64,000 nt of DNA, from positions 192,001 through 256,000 of the forward strand of contig CAVVCZ010000001.1 in assembly GCA_963746845.1 (NCBI GenBank), in the 5' to 3' direction. Below the pieces are notes generated by a model that searched no databases, was not told where the DNA came from, and saw only the letters and a list, made by a program, of their open reading frames with translations. Below, piece after piece: positions 59,933 to 64,000 of the stretch; the stretch's first letter is position 1, and each line of letters starts with the position of its first letter. The position numbers and the translations under genes are program-made. This DNA comes from an uncultured Chloroflexia bacterium (GTDB lineage: Bacteria > Chloroflexota > Limnocylindria > Limnocylindrales > CSP1-4).

Positions 59933-61174
59933 TCATTTGTCGACCCCGCCCATGATCGGATCCAACGAGGCCATGACCGCCATCGCGTCGGCGATCAGGT
60001 GGCCCGGCATCAGCACGCCGACCGACTGGAGGTGGACGAACGATGGGTCGTGGATCCGCATCCGGAACGGTTGGTCCGTGCCGTCGCTGATCACGTACGC
60101 CGCGTACTGCCCGCGCGGCCCCTCGACCGCGGCATAGGCCCGGCCCGGTCGCGGGCGGAGCAGCCGCGGGAGCTTGGCGGTCACCGGCCCGTCCGGCATC
60201 TGGTGGAGGCACTGGTCGATGATCCGGAGGCTCTGTTTGATCTCGTCCATCCGGACCAGGTAGCGGGCGAGGCAGTCGCCCTCGTCGCGGGTCGGGATGT
60301 CGAAGTCGAGCTCCGGGAAGATGCTGTACGGATGGGCGCGCCGGAAGTCGAGCGGGACGCCCGTCGCCCGCAGGTTCGGACCGGTCACGGCCATGCGGAA
60401 CGCCGTTTCCTGGTCCAGCGTGCCGAGGCCGCGCATCCGCCGGACGAAGATCTCGTTCGCGTTCAGCAGGCCCAGGTTGTTCTCGATCTGGGTCGTCGCC
60501 CGGCTCATCCAGTCGCCGAGCCGGCTCATGAACTCGTGGTTCAGGTCGCCGTTGACGCCGCCGATCCGGATGTAGTTGTAGAGCAGCCGCTGGCCGGTCA
60601 GGGCCGCGAGCATCTCGGCGATCTCGTCGCGCTCGATGAAGCTCCACAGGATCGGGGTCAGGCCGCCGAGATCGAGCGCCATCCAGCCCATGAACAGCGA
60701 GTGCGACAGGATCCGGTTCAGCTCGGTCGCGAGGACCCGGATGTACTCGGCGCGGCGCGGCACCTCGACGTCCAGCAGCTTCTCGAACGCGAGGACGCCC
60801 GGCCACTCGCAGAACAGCGAGCTGATGTACTCGAGCGGGTCGAGGTAGGCGATCGAGTGGTGGTAGTCGGCGTTCTCGCAGAGCTTCTCGACGCCGCGAT
60901 GGAGGTAGCCGAGGACCGGATCCAGGTCGACGACCTTCTCGCCCTCGAGCTTGAGGACGATCCGGAGCACGCCGTGGGTCGACGGGTGCTGCGGCCCCAT
61001 GTTGATGAACATCTCGCCGTCGCCGAGGGTGTAGAACTCCGACTCGCGCTCGGTCCGGGGCGGGTACGGCGGGACCGGCTCGAAGACGCCCGCCGCCTCG
61101 TCGAGCTGGACGCGCGGGTCGTCCGACGGCACCTCGTGGTGGGGGTGGCCGTGGGGCGCCTTCGCTGCTGTCAC
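59933..61174 (-). CDS. nuoD: Complex I subunit D
   Basis: NMGPQHPSTHGVLR, GYLHRGVEK, ELNRI.SH, EGPRG. Confidence 0.95.
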   Translation of the reverse strand: MTAAKAPHGHPHHEVPSDDPRVQLDEAAGVFEPVPPYPPRTERESEFYTLGDGEMFINMGPQHPSTHGVLRIVLKLEGEKVVDLDPVLGYLHRGVEKLCENADYHHSIAYLDPLEYISSLFCEWPGVLAFEKLLDVEVPRRAEYIRVLATELNRILSHSLFMGWMALDLGGLTPILWSFIERDEIAEMLAALTGQRLLYNYIRIGGVNGDLNHEFMSRLGDWMSRATTQIENNLGLLNANEIFVRRMRGLGTLDQETAFRMAVTGPNLRATGVPLDFRRAHPYSIFPELDFDIPTRDEGDCLARYLVRMDEIKQSLRIIDQCLHQMPDGPVTAKLPRLLRPRPGRAYAAVEGPRGQYAAYVISDGTDQPFRMRIHDPSFVHLQSVGVLMPGHLIADAMAVMASLDPIMGGVDK

Positions 61175-61719
61175 GCACGCACCTTCCGGACCATGTCGGC
61201 CGGGCGGGCGTTGCGCGGCGCATGCGACTGCTCCATGTGCCGGACGCCGGCCCCTGGCGAGCGTGCCGCGTCGTCCGCGAGGTAGAAGTCCTTGCGGAGC
61301 GGAAACGCCTGGTAGTCGGGCGGCATGTAGATCCGGCGGAGGTCGCGGTTGCCCTCGAACGTGATCCCGAACATGTCGTAGGCCTCGCGCTCCATCCACT
61401 CGGCGCCCTGCCAGAGGAAGGTCACCGACGGGACGCGGGGATCGTCGCGGGACAGCCCGTCGGCGATGACGCGAAGCCAGTCCGGGCTCGACTCACCCCA
61501 CAGGTGATAGACCACCTGCATCGAATGGCCGGTGTCGACGCCGGCGAGGTCGGCCAGGAGGCGGAACCCGAAGGCGGGCTCGTCGTGGAGCGCGCGAACG
61601 ACGTCCGGCACGTCGCCCGGCCCGATCCGGATCTCCGTCTCGTCGTGACGCTGTGCGATGGGCCCGGTCAGGCGATCGCCGAAACGTGCCTGCAGCCGTC
61701 GCTTGAGGGCGGCGTCCAT
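61171..61719 (-). CDS. nuoC: Complex I subunit C
   Basis: WMEREAYDMFGITFEG..DLRRIYM..PLRKDF. Confidence 0.95.
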   Translation of the reverse strand: MDAALKRRLQARFGDRLTGPIAQRHDETEIRIGPGDVPDVVRALHDEPAFGFRLLADLAGVDTGHSMQVVYHLWGESSPDWLRVIADGLSRDDPRVPSVTFLWQGAEWMEREAYDMFGITFEGNRDLRRIYMPPDYQAFPLRKDFYLADDAARSPGAGVRHMEQSHAPRNARPADMVRKVRA

Positions 61720-62462
61720 CAGACGTCCGTCGGCACGGTGGGTCCGATCGCCCGATCCGGCCAGTGCCCGCGGCGGTCCTTGACGAGCTGCTGGAGCTTC
61801 ATCATCCCGTAGATCAGCCCCTCGGGACGCGGCGGGCAACCGGGGACGTAGACGTCGACCGGCATGACGCGGTCGATGCCTTCGATCGTCGCGTAGCTCC
61901 GCTTGTACCGGCCGCCGGAGCACGTGCAGTCGCCCATCGCGACGCACCACTTCGGCTCCGGCATCTGCTCCCAGAGGCGCACGAGCGGCCCGGCCATCTT
62001 CGTCGTCAGGGTGCCCGCGACGATCAGCACGTCTGCCTGGCGCGGCGAGGCGCGGAACGGGAACATGCCCCAGCGGTCCATGTCGTTTCGCGACGTGGCC
62101 GACGACATCATCTCCATCGCGCAGCAGGCCAGACCCGACAGGAGCGGCCACAGGCTGTTCGCCCGGATCAGGTCGAGGACGTAGTCGGCCTTCGTCGGGA
62201 TGACCTCGAGCGGACCGGACCAGCGGGCGTCGTCGCGCCGGCCGAGCCCGGACTCCTCGAACTCCCGGAGGTGGGTGACGTCCGGCTCGAGGCCGGCCTG
62301 GTAGGCGTTCGGGTCGACCGACTTCCAGAGGGTGTTCGAGACGACGATCGGCTCGGTCACGGCCGTCCGGCTGACGACCAGGGCCGAGGCCTCGTCGGTC
62401 GCCGCCGCCCGGTCGTCCGGCTCGACCGCCGGGATCGCCCCCGCCTCCTCGTTCAGCGCCAT
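61719..62462 (-). CDS. nuoB: Complex I subunit B
   Basis: [33 protein letters not shown]. Confidence 0.96.
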   Translation of the reverse strand: MALNEEAGAIPAVEPDDRAAATDEASALVVSRTAVTEPIVVSNTLWKSVDPNAYQAGLEPDVTHLREFEESGLGRRDDARWSGPLEVIPTKADYVLDLIRANSLWPLLSGLACCAMEMMSSATSRNDMDRWGMFPFRASPRQADVLIVAGTLTTKMAGPLVRLWEQMPEPKWCVAMGDCTCSGGRYKRSYATIEGIDRVMPVDVYVPGCPPRPEGLIYGMMKLQQLVKDRRGHWPDRAIGPTVPTDV

Positions 62463-62818
62463 TCGAGGACCCCCTTCCGCCAGGCGTAGGCAAGCCCGAG
62501 CAGGAGGATGCCGACGAACACGAGCATGCTCAGGAACAGGGCGGCCGGGTCGACCGCCGGGTCGCGGAAGACGATCGCCCACAGGAAGATGAAGACGACC
62601 TCGATGTCGAAGGCGACGAACAGCAGGGCGTAGATGTAGAAGGAGAGGCCGAACCTGCCGTGGGTGTCGCCGTACGTGTCGATGCCCGACTCGTACGGGA
62701 GGCCCTTGTGCGCGTCGCCGCGGTTGCGGTGGGAGACCAGCCACGCGGCGCCGATCGTCAGGAACACGAACGACACGCCGGCGAACAGGAACCCCACGAC
62801 GTACCAGATCTGGGTCAC
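62453..62818 (-). CDS. nuoA: Complex I subunit A
   Basis: [27 protein letters not shown]; -10 TAGAAT near 62934-62939. Confidence 0.95.
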   Translation of the reverse strand: MTQIWYVVGFLFAGVSFVFLTIGAAWLVSHRNRGDAHKGLPYESGIDTYGDTHGRFGLSFYIYALLFVAFDIEVVFIFLWAIVFRDPAVDPAALFLSMLVFVGILLLGLAYAWRKGVLEWR

Positions 62819-63130
62819 TCGACGGTCACTCCCGGTGGGCCCCGGGTCGATCGCCCACCCCGAGCCACGGCGTCGGGAACGGCGGTCCACCCTGATGCGC
62901 GGCCGGCAAACGTGAGCCACGCCACGCACCGGCATTCTACCGTCCTGCGTGAGTTCGGATGGCCGCCGCGTCCGGGTGCCGGCGCCCTCTGCGACGCCCG
63001 TGTTGGCGCCCCTTGTCGGATCACGGACAGGCTCGCAGGCGCGAGGGCTCGTATGCTGCGATGAGCGCGCGGCCGAGCCGCTGCCCCCACGCTGATGCGC
63101 CGCCGCCGCCCCGTGGCGGAGGGCGCCCCG

Positions 63131-63685
63131 ATGCGAGTGACGATCGGTGGGTCGGCAAGAGGGCTGGCCGCGGTCCTCGTCTCCCTGAGCCTTGGCCTGG
63201 CGGCCTGCGGGGGTTCCGGTACGCCAGCTCCTGGTGCGAACGGAGGCGCCGGCGCATCCAGTGCGGCCGCGGGCGGCGGTGCCGCGGGTGCCTCGACGGA
63301 CACGGGCGGCGCAGGGGCCGGATCCACGGCGGGCTCGGTCACGGGCAGCCTTGTGAGCTCCGGCCTCTACAGCGCGACGTGGACGTGGCAGCCCGACCTG
63401 TCGGCGGACATCGGCACCAGCGGCACGACCATGAAGTCCGACAAGGGGACGTTCGGGAACATCTCCGTCCTGGAGGACGGCTCGATCATCTTCACGAGCG
63501 GTGCGCCGGAGCTCAAGTCGGGCTCCTACAAGGGCACGGGTGCGCAGGTCCACATGAAGGACGCCGACGGGACCCAGCTCCCCTGCGGATGGACGCTCGA
63601 CAACGACGTCACCGGCACGGACGGCGTGATCCACCTCAAGGGGACCATGGACGTCATCGGCACGATCTGGGGTTGCCCGGGCTGA
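63131..63685 (+). CDS. Lipoprotein with Gly/Ala/Ser linker, unknown function
   Basis: GGAGG SD; lipobox LAAC; beta-rich C-terminal domain with two Cys. Confidence 0.75.
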   Translation: MRVTIGGSARGLAAVLVSLSLGLAACGGSGTPAPGANGGAGASSAAAGGGAAGASTDTGGAGAGSTAGSVTGSLVSSGLYSATWTWQPDLSADIGTSGTTMKSDKGTFGNISVLEDGSIIFTSGAPELKSGSYKGTGAQVHMKDADGTQLPCGWTLDNDVTGTDGVIHLKGTMDVIGTIWGCPG

Positions 63686-63704
63686 TCCCCTGCAATACTC
63701 AGGC

Positions 63705-64000
63705 ATGCCCGTTCGCACGGTCATCGAACATGGGCCCAAGGACAAGCGGTCGGTCGCCTTCAGCCTCGACTGGCCGGGGTGGAGCCGTGGCGCGAAAACG
63801 GCGGAGCTCGCCCTCGAGACGCTCGAGTCCTATCGGGAGCGCTACCGGCCCGTCGCGGATCTCGCCGGAATGGCCCGCGAGTTCGACGCCGCCGGGCCCC
63901 TCGAGATCGTGGAGGACCGGATCGGCACGGGTTCGGTTGACTTCTGGGGCATCTCCTTCTCGCCCTCGTCGACCGAGCACGGGCCGATGGATGAGGCGGA
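63705..64000 (+). CDS. Hypothetical protein (partial)
   Basis: MPVRTVIEHGPKDKRSVAFSLDWPGWSRGAKT... open to window end. Confidence 0.7.
   Translation, partial: MPVRTVIEHGPKDKRSVAFSLDWPGWSRGAKTAELALETLESYRERYRPVADLAGMAREFDAAGPLEIVEDRIGTGSVDFWGISFSPSSTEHGPMDEA

Noticed and set aside
59933-61174. Group 4 [NiFe]-hydrogenase large subunit (given the Ni transporter)
   Set aside because: No CxxC Ni ligands at either end; has the NuoD HPSTHG motif

Overview
Very GC-rich bacterial chromosome segment around the replication origin. It is probably Chloroflexota (an inference from protein styles and gene content; no search was run). Left part: MFS gene under a c-di-AMP riboswitch, NiCoT-like transporter plus Fur, tmRNA, PspC, LLM and F420-type oxidoreductases, tandem HtrA-like proteases with an HxlR regulator, and VanW. 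Centre: jag-yidC-yidD-rnpA-rpmH <> dnaA-oriC-dnaN-recF-dciA, then a PP2C-pseudophosphatase membrane protein, a rhomboid and BFN. Next is a ~16 kb glycosylation island: GT2, DUF2723/TMEM260-like, a GT-C, a ~1836-aa GT-C+PMT fusion with a frameshift, and a convergent ArsR-pgsA-ino1-2x acyltransferase-PHP-pimA operon. After that come MFS, CorA, a sortase-fold protein with Cys->Ser, and a VOC/AraC/UvrA-like cassette. Right part: a complex I operon. The best candidate for an undescribed system is this complex I. nuoI appears split in two by an inserted electron-input cassette: the N-half is fused to a truncated NuoE, and the C-half ends a NuoG/GltD hybrid. NuoF is degenerate, suggesting an NADPH-fed proton pump whose N6a/N6b clusters are shared between two chains. 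No CRISPR array, rRNA, tRNA or mobile element was seen. All family calls come from motif recognition by eye.
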